DNA of 64,000 nucleotides from NCBI GenBank assembly GCA_965116795.1, contig OZ220716.1:2250503-2314502 (forward strand), given 5' to 3'. Positions 29,496-41,554 of the stretch are shown one piece after another. A program made the position numbers and the translations under genes. Under the pieces are notes generated by a model. It searched no databases. It was not told the origin of the DNA and saw only the letters and a list, made by a program, of their open reading frames with translations. The stretch's first letter is position 1; every line of letters begins with the position of its first letter. This stretch comes from Gammaproteobacteria bacterium. Lineage in GTDB: Bacteria > Pseudomonadota > Gammaproteobacteria > JAJFKG01.

Positions 29496-30669
29496 TTAAC
29501 TCAATAATAGCTTGTGCAGCTTGCTGACTGGCATCACGGCGTAATACATGATGCATACGATCAAATTTATCAATTAAGGCTGTCACTTGTTGTGGATGAT
29601 CTAAATAATCACTGATTGCATTCACTAAATTATCCACTGTTGCTGTGTAGTGAATATATTCAGGCACAATGCGCTGATTAGCAATTAAATTAGGTAACGC
29701 TACCATCCTAACATTCAGTAATTGGTTCACCAGCCAGGCAGTTATTGCAGAGACACGATACGAAACCACCATCGGCCGTTTGATTAACATACATTCCAAG
29801 GTTGCGGTACCCGATGCTAATAACACAACATCAGCTGCTGCCATCACAGATTGTGCTTGCCCATCAACCAATATAAATGGGATCTCAGGCGCCACTGTCT
29901 GCCATATTGCATAAAATTGCTGACGTCGTTTCTTATTGACTAGCGGTACAACGAATTGTAGATCAGGGTATTTTGCTAAACACGCTTTAGCCGTTTGAAT
30001 TAATAATTTACTTAAATAATGCAATTCAAAACGACGACTACCGGGTAAAATTGCCATGACGCGTCCTGATTGTGCTAATTGTAATTGTTGTCTCGCTAAC
30101 TGCTGATCAGAACGCAATGGGATCGCATCTGCTAATGGATGCCCAACAAACTTGACTGGGATTTGATGTTTTTCATAAATGGTATTTTCAAATGGCAGTA
30201 ACGTTAACATCAAATCCACTGCGCGCGCTATTTTACGAATACGCCAACTACGCCATGCCCATACAGACGGACTAGTATAGTGCACGGTTTTAATGCCTTG
30301 CTGATGCAACTTTTTAGCTAAGGTTAAATTAAAATCTGGTGCATCGATGCCAATGAATACATCTGGTGGGAATTTGCAAAAATAACGATACAGTTGTTGG
30401 CGTATGGATAAAATTCGTGGGATATGTTTGATCACTTCAAACAACCCCATGACATTGAGCGCTTCCATGGGAAATAAACTACGCGCACCCGCTTGCTGCA
30501 TGCGGGTACCGCCAATACCTTCAATGATCAGATCAGGATACTGTTTACATAATGCGTGTACTAACCCAGCACCTAAGATATCACCGGATTCCTCACCAGC
30601 AACAATGCCAATACGCAATGGTCGTTGTTGCAGTGAAGAGAAGAGTGTCGTCATTGATCTAACGCGCAA
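29488..30669 (-). CDS. lpxB: Lipid-A-disaccharide synthase
   Basis: [37 protein letters not shown]. Confidence 0.97.
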   Translation of the reverse strand: MRVRSMTTLFSSLQQRPLRIGIVAGEESGDILGAGLVHALCKQYPDLIIEGIGGTRMQQAGARSLFPMEALNVMGLFEVIKHIPRILSIRQQLYRYFCKFPPDVFIGIDAPDFNLTLAKKLHQQGIKTVHYTSPSVWAWRSWRIRKIARAVDLMLTLLPFENTIYEKHQIPVKFVGHPLADAIPLRSDQQLARQQLQLAQSGRVMAILPGSRRFELHYLSKLLIQTAKACLAKYPDLQFVVPLVNKKRRQQFYAIWQTVAPEIPFILVDGQAQSVMAAADVVLLASGTATLECMLIKRPMVVSYRVSAITAWLVNQLLNVRMVALPNLIANQRIVPEYIHYTATVDNLVNAISDYLDHPQQVTALIDKFDRMHHVLRRDASQQAAQAIIELIE

Positions 30670-31495
30670 TGCCGCGAGTAGAATTGGTTAATGCATCAAT
30701 CATCGGTTGTACCACTGGAAACTCAGCAGCAATTGGTTTGAGTGCATCAATGGCATCTGCTACGGTTAAATTTTGTCGAAAAATAATTTTGTAAGCTGTT
30801 TTAATTGCATTGATTTGATCACGAGTAAACCTACGTCGTCTTAATCCAACCAAGTTTAAGCCATCAACCCGGCCATCTTCACCACAGACAATGGTATACG
30901 GCATTACATCTTTAGTAACCATTGCCCCGTGTACTAAGAAACTGCTTTGCCCAACTCGACAAAATTGATGTACGCCGGACGTGACACCACACACAGCATA
31001 ATCTTCAATATGCACGTGTCCAGCAATGCCTGCACAATTGGTTAAGATGATATGATTAGCTAACATACAATCATGCGCCACATGTGTATTAGCCATTAAT
31101 AGATTATGGTGACCAATCACAGTAACCCCATTATCCTGTGCAGTACCCCGATGTACCGTACAGTTTTCACGGAAAATATTGTGATCACCAATTTCAACGC
31201 GCGTTGGTTCATTGTTATATTTCAAATCCTGCGGTGCTTCACCAATACAACTAAACGGATAAAATTGGTTATGTGCACCAATAGTGGTATCGCCGGTAAT
31301 CACTACATGTGATTTTACAATGCTGTGATCACCGATGCTCACCTGCGGCCCTATCACACTAAACGGGCCGACCTGCACATGTTTACCTAACTTAGCGTGC
31401 TCATCAACAACTGCCGTTGGGTGGATCGTTGTCTCACATTGAGTAGACGCGTTAACAGGTGTGTGCTGTTGTGTGCGAGTCATTGTGTTAGCCAT
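30659..31495 (-). CDS. lpxA: UDP-N-acetylglucosamine acyltransferase
   Basis: Hexapeptide repeats, PQDLKY, TVHRGT, HVAHDC, GVHQF. Confidence 0.97.
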   Translation of the reverse strand: MANTMTRTQQHTPVNASTQCETTIHPTAVVDEHAKLGKHVQVGPFSVIGPQVSIGDHSIVKSHVVITGDTTIGAHNQFYPFSCIGEAPQDLKYNNEPTRVEIGDHNIFRENCTVHRGTAQDNGVTVIGHHNLLMANTHVAHDCMLANHIILTNCAGIAGHVHIEDYAVCGVTSGVHQFCRVGQSSFLVHGAMVTKDVMPYTIVCGEDGRVDGLNLVGLRRRRFTRDQINAIKTAYKIIFRQNLTVADAIDALKPIAAEFPVVQPMIDALTNSTRGIAR

Positions 31496-31970
31496 TATCT
31501 TCTGGATCCTTAATAAAACTCATCAAGGTTGCATTGCATACCAACTCACCATCAACCGTTGCTTTTGCAACTGCCTTGCAACACGCACGGCGCATCGTTG
31601 TCATTTCCACTGCCAAACGCAATTGATCACCAGGTACAACCGGGCGGCGAAACCGTACATCATCAACACCAGCAAAAAATATAATGCTTCCTGGATAATA
31701 ACGTTCAAAATCAGGCGATGCATAGGCAATTAATGCCGATGCTTGTGCCATCGCTTCAATAATTAATACCCCAGGCATCACTGGATATTCAGGGAAATGT
31801 CCATTAAAAAAGGGTTCATTGTACGAAACATTTTTGAGCGCAACAATTGATTTTGATTCGACGAGTTCAATCACTCTATCGATTAACAAAAAGGGTTGAC
31901 GATGCGGTAACATGCGCCGAATCCATTGGATATCCATGTGTTGTTCTGTTATTTTTTGTTGTTCTGTCAT
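31488..31970 (-). CDS. fabZ: 3-hydroxyacyl-ACP dehydratase
   Basis: LPHR.PFLLIDRV, GHFPEYPVMPGVLIIEAMAQ; start placed at MTEQQ. Confidence 0.96.
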   Translation of the reverse strand: MTEQQKITEQHMDIQWIRRMLPHRQPFLLIDRVIELVESKSIVALKNVSYNEPFFNGHFPEYPVMPGVLIIEAMAQASALIAYASPDFERYYPGSIIFFAGVDDVRFRRPVVPGDQLRLAVEMTTMRRACCKAVAKATVDGELVCNATLMSFIKDPEDNG

Positions 31971-32001
31971 CTTGGCCCTCTTAAGAGAAATTATTAATTC
32001 T

Positions 32002-33045
32002 TCATTCTTCACTATCATTAACAACATGCTTTAATTGCTTCTCAACATGTGCTAAGCGCTTTGTCATATGATGTAGCCGCGTGTGATAAATAGCATTACG
32101 CTTACCTTCATGCCACGGTTGCATCTGCACACCTGCACCATAAACACCTGGCGTTTTTACTGAACGATCAACAGCCGTCATCCCAGTAATTGCAACATTA
32201 TCCGTAATATTGATATGACCGGTTAAACAAACCCCACCACCAATTAAACAATGTTTGCCAATGGTAGTACTGCCAGCGATCGCCGTACACCCTGCAATCG
32301 CTGTATGTTCCCCGATTTGCACATTGTGTGCAACTTGAATCAAATTATCGAGTTTCACATCGTTTGCGATTTGAGTATCCTCTAATGCACCCCGATCAAC
32401 GACCGTGTTCGCGCCAATTTCAACATCATCACCGATTGTCACCCCACCCAATTGGGGTACTTTTAACCAAGCACCATTATGCTTAGCCATGCCAAAACCA
32501 TCACTGCCAATCACTACACCACTGTGCAGTGTGCAACGTGCACCAATAGTCACACCATGGTATAGCGTTACATTGGCATACAATCGCGCGTGTGTACCGA
32601 TCGTGCAATTAGCATCAATGATACAGCCTGCACCAATGATGGCACCACTGGCAATGCTAACATTGGCACCAATCACACAATTAGCACTTATGCTAACCCC
32701 ATCCGCAACAGTAGCAGATGAATCAATCACTGCACTGGGATGAACACCTGGGGTTACCGCAGGACGATCATCAAATAACATGGCTGCTTTTGCATAAGCA
32801 GCATAGGGACTATCTATCACTAAGGTTGCGACAGGGCAATTTGCCGCAGCTTGTGGCGCTAAGATCACTGCACAGGCTTGTGTATTGGCTAATTGATCTT
32901 GATAACGTGGATTATCTAAAAAACTAATCTGTGACGGCGTTGCCGTACGCAATGATGCAATCCCAGTGACAGTACTATTACCATCACCATTGAGTTCGGC
33001 ACCAATATGTTTTGCAATATCAAATAATGTATATGTGTTTGGCAT
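32002..33045 (-). CDS. lpxD: UDP-3-O-acyl-glucosamine N-acyltransferase
   Basis: [26 protein letters not shown]. Confidence 0.97.
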   Translation of the reverse strand: MPNTYTLFDIAKHIGAELNGDGNSTVTGIASLRTATPSQISFLDNPRYQDQLANTQACAVILAPQAAANCPVATLVIDSPYAAYAKAAMLFDDRPAVTPGVHPSAVIDSSATVADGVSISANCVIGANVSIASGAIIGAGCIIDANCTIGTHARLYANVTLYHGVTIGARCTLHSGVVIGSDGFGMAKHNGAWLKVPQLGGVTIGDDVEIGANTVVDRGALEDTQIANDVKLDNLIQVAHNVQIGEHTAIAGCTAIAGSTTIGKHCLIGGGVCLTGHINITDNVAITGMTAVDRSVKTPGVYGAGVQMQPWHEGKRNAIYHTRLHHMTKRLAHVEKQLKHVVNDSEE

Positions 33046-33063
33046 ATCTCTTACAAACTAAAC

Positions 33064-33090
33064 GCGCAGTGTTTATTAGAAACACTGCGC
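33064..33090 (-). terminator. Hairpin/terminator between skp and lpxD
   Basis: GCGCAGTGTTT/AAACACTGCGC 11-bp stem, T-rich on the minus-strand 3' side. Confidence 0.6.
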
Positions 33091-33142
33091 ACTAGAATAC
33101 AAATTAAGATGGCGTTTTCCCTAAATAGTATCTAATAACTTT

Positions 33143-33667
33143 CTATCGGGTTAGTTTGATCACGTCTGAAGTAATATTATCAACCTTGCCATCATCTACA
33201 AACGCAACACTACGCATTTCCACAACAAGCGCATAGCCTTTTTGTTTAGCAACTTTGGTGACATTATTTTTAATCTTATTTAAATACGATTGCATTGCTT
33301 TTGACTGTGCATCATTGATATCTTGCTGAAATGCAACAACCCGTTCTTGAAAAGCAGCACGTTGTGAAATGATTTTATCGCGCAGCGCGCCTCTATTTTT
33401 ATCACTCATCACACTGCTATCTTTATCTAACTTCGCTTGATTAGCTTGTAATTTTTTCTGATCCGTTTGCAACTTGGCTTCACGTGATTTAAATTGTTTT
33501 TTAATTTTATCAGCAACTTTCTTAGTTTGTGGTGATTTTGCTAGCACTTGCTGCACATCAACCACTGCAATTTTTTGCAGTCTACTATTATCAGCAGCAA
33601 CGCCTACTGTTGATACACAAAATAATAAACTGGCTAATACCATTGATACTATCGTTTTCATCAGCAA
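33143..33667 (-). CDS. skp: Periplasmic chaperone Skp/OmpH
   Basis: Signal peptide, KIAVVDVQQVL, coiled coil, NITSDVI; lies between bamA and lpxD. Confidence 0.9.
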   Translation of the reverse strand: MLMKTIVSMVLASLLFCVSTVGVAADNSRLQKIAVVDVQQVLAKSPQTKKVADKIKKQFKSREAKLQTDQKKLQANQAKLDKDSSVMSDKNRGALRDKIISQRAAFQERVVAFQQDINDAQSKAMQSYLNKIKNNVTKVAKQKGYALVVEMRSVAFVDDGKVDNITSDVIKLTR

Positions 33668-33818
33668 CTATCTCCTAAGTTTGTCTACAGTTTTACTAAA
33701 ACACGCTATTTTCTAGTTACAAGGCAAATAATGTGGCACGATCTGCCATCGACATATTGAAATCAATCTTCCCTTGAAAGCATAGAAAGGATACCGAGTT
33801 ATGTATAAAATGTCTAGG

Positions 33819-33848
33819 TATACTCGGCGCCCTTGAATTGTAGGCTTT
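33819..33848 (+). repeat. ERIC-like MITE remnant
   Basis: TATACTCGGCGCCCTTGAATTGTAGGCTTT; 28/30 identical to 36204-36233. Confidence 0.6.
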
Positions 33849-33887
33849 ATCAGTTGCGCAACTTAAAATCAATAAATGACCAAGCTG

Positions 33888-36167
33888 CTAGAATGATGTT
33901 CCAATCAAAAATTGGAAATACTGCTTGTCATCACCATGATTGGCATTTAATGGCATTGCTAAGCTAAATTCAAGTGGTCCGATCGGCGAATGCCAATCTT
34001 CTTGGATACCAACTGAATAACGCAATTCATCAAAGTCAAACCGATTATCAAATGTATTACCACCATCAAAAAATACCGACGTGCGTAAACTGTCTGTACT
34101 TAATGGTAAGATGACTAAACCGACACTGCCATCCACTAATATGTTACCCCCGATTGGATCATCTGTTGAATCACGTGGTCCCAATGTATCGGTTTGATAA
34201 CCACGTACAGTATCAATACCACCTGCAAAATAGTTTTGATAAAAAGGTAAATCGCCCGTTGATCCAAGCCCATCTCCATAACCAAATCCGGCACGCGCAT
34301 TGAAAATAAAGAATTGCGTTAATGGATGATAATAATGTGCATTATACGTAATCGTGTAATAAGACAGTGAACGTGAATCAAGCGGCAAATACAAATTACC
34401 AAATAACGATTGGTGTAAACCGCGATTAGGGAAAGTCGGTTTATCATACCCATTTCGGCTCCAACCCATTGAAAAAATACCTTGGTTAAAGGTAGTACCA
34501 TGTTGATCAATAAAGTCAATAATCTGCGTTGATGCTGACCCTTGCTTTTCAATGCGTTGGTGTTCAACACCTAAAGCAAAATTCACAAAATCATCTTTTT
34601 CACTGACCGGGATATTATATGAAACACGCCCGCCATATTTCTCATTAGAATAGCTTGCTAAATCTAAATCGGTTGGGTCAAATGTATTGTAGTAAACTGA
34701 ATAACCGAGTTGTGCCCCATTTGGCTTAAAGTAAGGATCATTGTAACCAATATTAGCGCTTTTTGAGTACGCTGTTTGATTATAATTGAGGTCTAAATAG
34801 TTTCCCGTACCTAAGAAATTCTGCTGACTTAACCCTGCTCCAAATTGCACTCCATCGCTACCATATCCAACACTGACATATGCCGTTGCTGAAGGATTTT
34901 CAGTGAAATTGAAATCTAAATCGACTTGATCATCCGTACCAGGCACCATCGGTGTTTTAATTTCAACGGTTTTCACATAGCCAGATTTTTTGAGTTGTCG
35001 TTCTGATTCCTGGATATTGCCCAAGGAAAATACGCTGGCTTCAAATTGGCGTAACACTTGGCGTAATGCATAATCCGCTGTTTTGACATTGCCTGAAAAA
35101 TTGATTCGACGCACATATATCCGTTTGCCTGGTTCAATGGCAAAGTTAACAAACACTTGACGGCGTTTTTCATCAATTTTAGGTTCAGGTACGATGCGTG
35201 CGAACGCATAGCCTTCATTGCCTAACAAATCCCCCATTTTACTGTCGGCATCGATAATGATTTTACGTGAGAAGGTATCACCTGGCTTGATAGCGATAAC
35301 ACGAGTTAACTGTTCTTTGGGTAAGATTAATTGCCCAGACAGTTTAAACCCACTAAATGTATACTTCTCACCTTCTTCAACACGGACAGTGATGTACACC
35401 GACTTACGATCCGTGGATACCGCTACTTGGGTTGCTGCCATCTTAAATTGCAAATACCCTCTGTCCATGTAGTAGGACTTTAACTGCTCTAAATCAGCAT
35501 CTAGCTTTTGCTTATTATACAAATCAGCTTGGGTTAAAAAGGTTAAAGACCAAATGGAAGGCGGTTTTAAATGGAGTTCGGATAACAGCTTCTTCTCAGA
35601 AAATGCATGATTGCCAACAATATTGATACGACGGATTTTAGCCGCTTTACCCTCAGAAATGGTGATATCGATTTTTACCCGATTACGGGTTTGGGATGTG
35701 GCAGTTGCCGTTACATTGGCATTGTACCGTCCCAGATCAAAATACTGGACTTTTAATGCTTGCTCTAAGCCACTTAGTGTCGATTGATTAAATACTTGAC
35801 CCTTTTCAAGCCCTGCTTCTTTTAATGTTTCTTTGATCTGATCGGTACTGATAACATGGTTGCCAGTTACCTTCACTTCACCAATGGTCGGCCGTTCAAC
35901 CACTTCAATAACTAACGTATTACCACTACGATACAGCTTAACATCCGCAAAAAAGCCCGTCTTATATAAATTTTCGATAATAGCAGGCGTATTACTGGGA
36001 CGTAACACATCGCCAGTAGACACCGGCAAATAACTGAGTACCGTGCCCACTGAAACGCGTTGTACACCACGTACATCGATACGCTTAATGGTAAATGCCG
36101 TATCTGCAGCAATAACGTGTCCTGCAAACAACAACAAGAAAATACTGATAATAAGTCGTCTGTGCAT
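33888..36167 (-). CDS. bamA: Outer membrane protein assembly factor BamA
   Basis: POTRA domains, VRGY motif, SPIGPL, terminal F; ORF extends to 36197. Confidence 0.97.
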   Translation of the reverse strand: MHRRLIISIFLLLFAGHVIAADTAFTIKRIDVRGVQRVSVGTVLSYLPVSTGDVLRPSNTPAIIENLYKTGFFADVKLYRSGNTLVIEVVERPTIGEVKVTGNHVISTDQIKETLKEAGLEKGQVFNQSTLSGLEQALKVQYFDLGRYNANVTATATSQTRNRVKIDITISEGKAAKIRRINIVGNHAFSEKKLLSELHLKPPSIWSLTFLTQADLYNKQKLDADLEQLKSYYMDRGYLQFKMAATQVAVSTDRKSVYITVRVEEGEKYTFSGFKLSGQLILPKEQLTRVIAIKPGDTFSRKIIIDADSKMGDLLGNEGYAFARIVPEPKIDEKRRQVFVNFAIEPGKRIYVRRINFSGNVKTADYALRQVLRQFEASVFSLGNIQESERQLKKSGYVKTVEIKTPMVPGTDDQVDLDFNFTENPSATAYVSVGYGSDGVQFGAGLSQQNFLGTGNYLDLNYNQTAYSKSANIGYNDPYFKPNGAQLGYSVYYNTFDPTDLDLASYSNEKYGGRVSYNIPVSEKDDFVNFALGVEHQRIEKQGSASTQIIDFIDQHGTTFNQGIFSMGWSRNGYDKPTFPNRGLHQSLFGNLYLPLDSRSLSYYTITYNAHYYHPLTQFFIFNARAGFGYGDGLGSTGDLPFYQNYFAGGIDTVRGYQTDTLGPRDSTDDPIGGNILVDGSVGLVILPLSTDSLRTSVFFDGGNTFDNRFDFDELRYSVGIQEDWHSPIGPLEFSLAMPLNANHGDDKQYFQFLIGTSF

Positions 36168-36203
36168 ACCTACCCTATTCTCTACACCCATTCCCAACAG
36201 GTA

Positions 36204-36233
36204 TATACTCGGCGCCTTTGAACTGTAGGCTTT
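36204..36233 (+). repeat. ERIC-like MITE remnant
   Basis: TATACTCGGCGCCTTTGAACTGTAGGCTTT. Confidence 0.6.
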
Positions 36234-36372
36234 GTTGGCTACAATCCAATTGCTTGAGTTTATATTTTGTTATAACTCATATCAAACGTCATTTCTATTT
36301 GCCGCATTTCTAAATGCGGGGTTACAGTCTGAACACACTGTCTAAATACCGTGCATTTCAACTGAAGCTGCA

Positions 36373-37203
36373 TCATACTAAACCCACTTCAAGAAAACTA
36401 CTGGAAAAGAGTAAAAATAAACTGGCAAACAGTGGGGCTGTGGATAACAAGCTATCTATTCTGTCTAAAATACCACCATGTCCAGGCAATAACGTACCAC
36501 TGTCTTTAACGCCTTGCTGACGTTTTAACAGGCTTTCCCATAAATCCCCGATTAATGCAAAATAACTTGTCAACAATGCCATTAATAACAATATCCATAC
36601 GTAATTAACGGATACAGGTAACCAGATTAATCCACTCAATGCCACAACTAATGCGAGTAATACACCGCCCAAAAAACCTTCTACTGTTTTGTTAGGGCTC
36701 ACCGCTGGCATCAGTTTACGCCGACCATAAGCACGTCCAACAAAATATGCTCCTGTATCAGCTGCCCATGTCAACAATAATAAAAACAATAACCAATACG
36801 CACTCAGGTAATGCAGTAAGACCAGGCTTAACCAACAACTACTTAATTGCCAATAACCTAACAAGCTCAGTCCATACGAGGTAAAATGTGGAATGTTTGG
36901 ATAACGTCTAATCCATAACCAACACCCCAACCAACTTAATGGCAATACTAAAAATAACCATGAACTCATTAATAAAATGTGTCCCCACAACCAGGCAAAT
37001 CCATAAAAAAAGCCACCGATACCCACAACATAAGCAACGCGCCAGTACTTATTTGCAATTCCTGCTAAGTGTATCCATTCCCACGCAGCACATAACAACA
37101 ACGCTGTGGCTAATACACTAAACACACGTGTTGATGTAAAAAATAAGGCACCAACAACCAGTGCAACTAATAGGATTGCGGTTATTATCCGCTGTTTAAG
37201 CAT
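36373..37203 (-). CDS. cdsA: Phosphatidate cytidylyltransferase
   Basis: MLKQRIITA, SPNKTVEG, KDSGTLLPGHGGILDRIDS. Confidence 0.97.
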   Translation of the reverse strand: MLKQRIITAILLVALVVGALFFTSTRVFSVLATALLLCAAWEWIHLAGIANKYWRVAYVVGIGGFFYGFAWLWGHILLMSSWLFLVLPLSWLGCWLWIRRYPNIPHFTSYGLSLLGYWQLSSCWLSLVLLHYLSAYWLLFLLLLTWAADTGAYFVGRAYGRRKLMPAVSPNKTVEGFLGGVLLALVVALSGLIWLPVSVNYVWILLLMALLTSYFALIGDLWESLLKRQQGVKDSGTLLPGHGGILDRIDSLLSTAPLFASLFLLFSSSFLEVGLV

Positions 37204-37232
37204 GATTATCTCCTGCGTCGTAATCAATTGTT

Positions 37233-38000
37233 TCAATGTGTGGGGTTTTGTTGGTTAATCTTCGCATTCTTTTGCAGTTGTCGACTGGTATGACCAAAAC
37301 GCCGTTCACGTTTAGCAAATTCAGTTAACGCTTGCTCTAAATCAGTTTCAGTAAAATCAGGCCAATACACATCGGTGAAATACAATTCGGTATACGCTAA
37401 TTGCCATAATAAAAAATTACTTAAACGAAATTCACCACTGGTACGGATAAACAAATCAGGAGTCGGTAAACCGGCTGTTGATAAGGCTGTGTCAATTGTC
37501 TGTTGGTTAATTGCATCTGCGGTTAACTCACCGGTTGCCACTCGTTGCGCGATTGACTGCATCGCTTGAGTCATATCCCACTGACCACTGTAGTTAAAGG
37601 CAATGACTAACCACATACCCGTATTATCATGCGTTTTAGCCACAGCATCTTGTAAACGTTGTTGTAATTTAGGTTGTACACTGCTGAGATCACCTATGAT
37701 CTTCAAACGGATATTATTATCAATTAACTTAGCTAATTCACGTTCAACAGCAGAAAATAATAGTGAGTGTAGGTAGGAGACTTCCTGCATTGGTCTGCGC
37801 CAATTTTCTTGGCCAAATGCAAATAAGGTGAGCACCTCAATAGGTTTCTCAGTACAAGCCCGTACAATGCGTTGCACCGTTTTTACCCCAGCACGATGCC
37901 CAGCAACCCTAGTTTGCCCTCTTTGCAGAGCCCAACGGCCATTACCATCCATGATGATGGCAATATGTTTGGGAAGGGATGACGATATAGCAGCTTGCAT
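37233..38000 (-). CDS. uppS: Undecaprenyl diphosphate synthase
   Basis: HIAIIMDGNGRWA, IRTSGEFRLSNFLLWQ. Confidence 0.97.
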   Translation of the reverse strand: MQAAISSSLPKHIAIIMDGNGRWALQRGQTRVAGHRAGVKTVQRIVRACTEKPIEVLTLFAFGQENWRRPMQEVSYLHSLLFSAVERELAKLIDNNIRLKIIGDLSSVQPKLQQRLQDAVAKTHDNTGMWLVIAFNYSGQWDMTQAMQSIAQRVATGELTADAINQQTIDTALSTAGLPTPDLFIRTSGEFRLSNFLLWQLAYTELYFTDVYWPDFTETDLEQALTEFAKRERRFGHTSRQLQKNAKINQQNPTH

Positions 38001-38029
38001 AGTTACCCTTCGCCTTGCAAACGATTCAC

Positions 38030-38587
38030 TTATATCTCCATTAAGTCCGTTTCTTTCGCAGCGGCTAACGCATCGATCTCACTGACAACACCGTCTGTCA
38101 GTTTTTGAATGGTATCTTGACCGCGACGCTCCTCATCTTCAGTGATCGTTTTATCTTTTAATAAAGCCTTTAACTGAGTATTGGCATCACGACGAATATT
38201 ACGCACTGCAACACGTGCATTCTCTGCATCACTTTTAACAATGCGCCCCATTTCACGACGACGTTCTTCCGTTAAAGCTGGCATTGGCACACGAATAATT
38301 TCACCCATCGTTGCCGGATTTAATCCTAAATCTGCTGCCATAATCGCTTTTTCTACGGTTTGAACCATCGACTTTTCCCACGGGGTAACCGCTAAGGTGC
38401 GTGCATCTTCAACATTAATCGAAGCAACTTGATTCAGTGGAGTCCCTTGGCCATAGTATTCCACTAAAATCCCTTCCAACAATGCCGGCGTTGCCCGGCC
38501 AGTACGGATTTTAGCTAATGCATTTTTTAGCGCCTCTACGCATTTTTGCATACGGGCTTTTGCATCGCTTTCTATTGATTGAATCAT
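38030..38587 (-). CDS. frr: Ribosome recycling factor
   Basis: [24 protein letters not shown]. Confidence 0.98.
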   Translation of the reverse strand: MIQSIESDAKARMQKCVEALKNALAKIRTGRATPALLEGILVEYYGQGTPLNQVASINVEDARTLAVTPWEKSMVQTVEKAIMAADLGLNPATMGEIIRVPMPALTEERRREMGRIVKSDAENARVAVRNIRRDANTQLKALLKDKTITEDEERRGQDTIQKLTDGVVSEIDALAAAKETDLMEI

Positions 38588-38620
38588 GGTATTGTATTCC
38601 TCTATGTTTCCTTAGCCACA

Positions 38621-39361
38621 TTATTTGTTTCCATTAACAATCAATGTACCCTCTTCTTCACCTAACACAATTCGCAATAAAGCACCGGGCTTGTGCATGG
38701 TAAAGATACGCAGCGTTAAGTTGTAATCACGGCATTGACAAAATGCAGCCAAATCCATTACCCCTAATTCTTTTTGCAGTACGTCAGCATAAGTTAATTT
38801 GTGATAACGTTTAGCCGTTTTATCTTTATGCGGATCAGCAGAATACACACCATCAACATTAGTTGCTTTCAACACTAAATCAGCATCAATTTCAATGGCA
38901 CGTAAACTGGCAGCAGAATCAGTAGTTACAAATGGATTACCGGTACCAGCTGCAAAAATAACAACTCGACCTTGTTTGAGGTGATTAACGGCTTTGCGTC
39001 GATCATAAGGATCAACGATACCCGTCATGGTAATCGCTGACATGATCCGTGTTGGCATGGCGTTTTCTTCAAACACATCGCGCATTGCTAATGCATTCAT
39101 TAATGTCGCCAACATCCCCATGTGATCGCCAGTGACACGACCAAGGCCAGCTTGAGATAACGCAGCACCTCGAAATAAATTACCACCACCGATCACAACA
39201 CCCACTTCTACACCCAACTCCACTAGCTGGTGAATTTCTGTTGCAATCCGCTGTAACACGGCTGGATCAATACCCATCTCAGTATTACCATTTAAGGCTT
39301 CACCACTGAGCTTCAATAAAATGCGTTTGTACTTTGGTGTTTGTCCAGCTGCTATTCCCAT
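38621..39361 (-). CDS. pyrH: UMP kinase
   Basis: [32 protein letters not shown]. Confidence 0.98.
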   Translation of the reverse strand: MGIAAGQTPKYKRILLKLSGEALNGNTEMGIDPAVLQRIATEIHQLVELGVEVGVVIGGGNLFRGAALSQAGLGRVTGDHMGMLATLMNALAMRDVFEENAMPTRIMSAITMTGIVDPYDRRKAVNHLKQGRVVIFAAGTGNPFVTTDSAASLRAIEIDADLVLKATNVDGVYSADPHKDKTAKRYHKLTYADVLQKELGVMDLAAFCQCRDYNLTLRIFTMHKPGALLRIVLGEEEGTLIVNGNK

Positions 39362-39366
39362 TAAGG

Positions 39367-40245
39367 TTACTCTCCTTGTACTTGTGCCATCACCTCTGCT
39401 GCAAAATCGACTTGCTGTTTGTCAATCCCTTCACCCACTTCATAACGAACAAATTGAATAACCTCTGCATTCGCACCACTAACCAATTTGCCAACAGTCA
39501 TATCAGGGTTTTTAACAAATGCTTGCCCATACAAACTGATCTCATTAACGAATTTTTGTAAGCGCCCTTTAATCATCTTTTCAATAATCTCAGATGGCTT
39601 ACCACTCTCTTGCGCTTGTGCAATTAAAATTGCTTTTTCTGCATCAACACGAGCACTGTTAACATCATCAGGTTTAACACATTCTGGATTGCTTGCCGCA
39701 ATATGCATGGCAATATCTTTGGCTAATTCAACATCATCATCACTCACATCCACTAATACACCAATGCGACCACCATGAATATAATGCCCTAATACACCTT
39801 GTTCGCTAGAGATAAAGTGACAACGTCTAACATTAATATTTTCACCAATTGTCACGACTAAACGCTGACGCAATGCATCAACCGTATCATCGTCTACTGA
39901 CGCAGCTAACAGTTGACTTAATTCTGTAGTGCGTTGTGCTAATGCCACCTCACCCAACAGTTCGCAAAATTGTTTGAAATGGGTATCACGTGCAACAAAA
40001 TCGGTTTCGCAATTCACTTCAATGATGGCAGCTTGCTTACTATCCGCACTAATCGCAATGATAATTAATCCTTCTGCTGCAACTCGACCGGCTTTTTTAG
40101 CAGCTTTGGCTAAACCGGCTTTACGCATAAACTCAACCGCTTTTTCCATATCGCCATTTGTTTCCTGCAGCGCTTTTTTGCAATCCATCATGGCGCCACC
40201 GGTACGCTCACGTAACTCTTTAACTTGTGCTGCTGTTATTGTCAT
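39367..40245 (-). CDS. tsf: Elongation factor Ts
   Basis: [19 protein letters not shown]. Confidence 0.98.
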   Translation of the reverse strand: MTITAAQVKELRERTGGAMMDCKKALQETNGDMEKAVEFMRKAGLAKAAKKAGRVAAEGLIIIAISADSKQAAIIEVNCETDFVARDTHFKQFCELLGEVALAQRTTELSQLLAASVDDDTVDALRQRLVVTIGENINVRRCHFISSEQGVLGHYIHGGRIGVLVDVSDDDVELAKDIAMHIAASNPECVKPDDVNSARVDAEKAILIAQAQESGKPSEIIEKMIKGRLQKFVNEISLYGQAFVKNPDMTVGKLVSGANAEVIQFVRYEVGEGIDKQQVDFAAEVMAQVQGE

Positions 40246-40334
40246 CGTTATTTCCCCATACTGTTACTGTTTAACGTAGGCATCACCTACAGTTAAAACT
40301 TGACTATTACTATTCAATTTTAAAAATAGTTAAA

Positions 40335-41162
40335 CTAAGCGGCGGCTTCATCACCATTACTACTGGGTGGATTAACATCACCTTCCGGTTTTACATCAGG
40401 TGTTTCCACTGTCTCTTCTGTTGGTGTTGAATGGTTAGACTGCTTTGGCTTGGCCGCTGTGGCCGCACGGGTTTGTTGATAGTCTGCAGCACCAGCGAGC
40501 AATGCATCAGCAATCGCACTACTATACAAACGAATGGCACTCATCGAGTCATCATTACCAGGAATAATGTAATCAACACCAAGCGGTGAATTATTGGTAT
40601 CAACAATACCAATAACCGGAATACGCAATCGATTTGCTTCTGCAACAGCAATCTTTTCATAATTCACATCAACGACAAAGATGACATCTGGCAATCCACC
40701 CATGTCTTTAATACCGCCCAAACTGCGCTCTAGCTTAACTAATTCACGACGCAGGGTTAGCGCTTCTTTCTTAATTAACTTGTCAAAACCGCCACGTTCA
40801 TGCAACGATTCTAAATCCTTTAACCGTTTAATCGATTGACGCACCGTTTTGTAATTGGTCAGCATCCCACCTAACCAACGGTGATCAACATATGGCATTC
40901 CACAACGCTGCGCTTCTTCGGCAACAATTGATTGAGCAGCACGCTTAGTACCAACAAATAATACTTTGCCGCGCCGCGCACCAATTTGACGTACAACATC
41001 TAATGCTGTTCGCAACATGGGTAAGCTTTTTTCTAGATTGATAATATGGATCCCATTACGTTGACCATATATATAGTTGGCCATTTGTGGATTCCAGTAA
41101 CGGGTACGGTGACCAAAGTGAACACCGACAGCTAACATGTCTCGCATGCTAATGGTTGTCAT
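40335..41162 (-). CDS. rpsB: 30S ribosomal protein S2
   Basis: [21 protein letters not shown]. Confidence 0.98.
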   Translation of the reverse strand: MTTISMRDMLAVGVHFGHRTRYWNPQMANYIYGQRNGIHIINLEKSLPMLRTALDVVRQIGARRGKVLFVGTKRAAQSIVAEEAQRCGMPYVDHRWLGGMLTNYKTVRQSIKRLKDLESLHERGGFDKLIKKEALTLRRELVKLERSLGGIKDMGGLPDVIFVVDVNYEKIAVAEANRLRIPVIGIVDTNNSPLGVDYIIPGNDDSMSAIRLYSSAIADALLAGAADYQQTRAATAAKPKQSNHSTPTEETVETPDVKPEGDVNPPSSNGDEAAA

Positions 41163-41184
41163 AGATGACTCCTGATAATGTAAG

Positions 41185-41400
41185 GGTTAAACTCTACCAC
41201 TGTTTCTGTTGAGCAAGTGCCCATGTGTAGTAATAACTTTACAATATCAACATTGCAAAGCACCCATCACTACATCTTCCACTACTTTCTCAGAAAGTTA
41301 TTTTTTTCATAGACTTCCTTGGGAAAGCTGCGGTTTTGTTAATCAGCAAAACCGCTGGGATCAGCCCAGTGTGCTATTTCCATCAACTGTGAATATTTTT
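41185..41400 (-). ncRNA. Probable rpsB 5' leader (S2 autoregulatory/t44-like RNA)
   Basis: Minus strand has GGGTGC in a stem and TGGTAGAGTTTAACCC before the RBS, resembling the gammaproteobacterial rpsB leader; several further hairpins. Confidence 0.45.
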
Positions 41401-41554
41401 CTCAACTAATGGATAGGCGCGTTTATACCACAGCCACCTAGTGATTACAATGTGATCGCCTGGCGTAACCTATTGTTAGATCGGATTAAATGTTATAGTG
41501 CGCGGATTATTTGATAAATGGGCCTGAATTTACACATCGAGACGTTAACACGCC

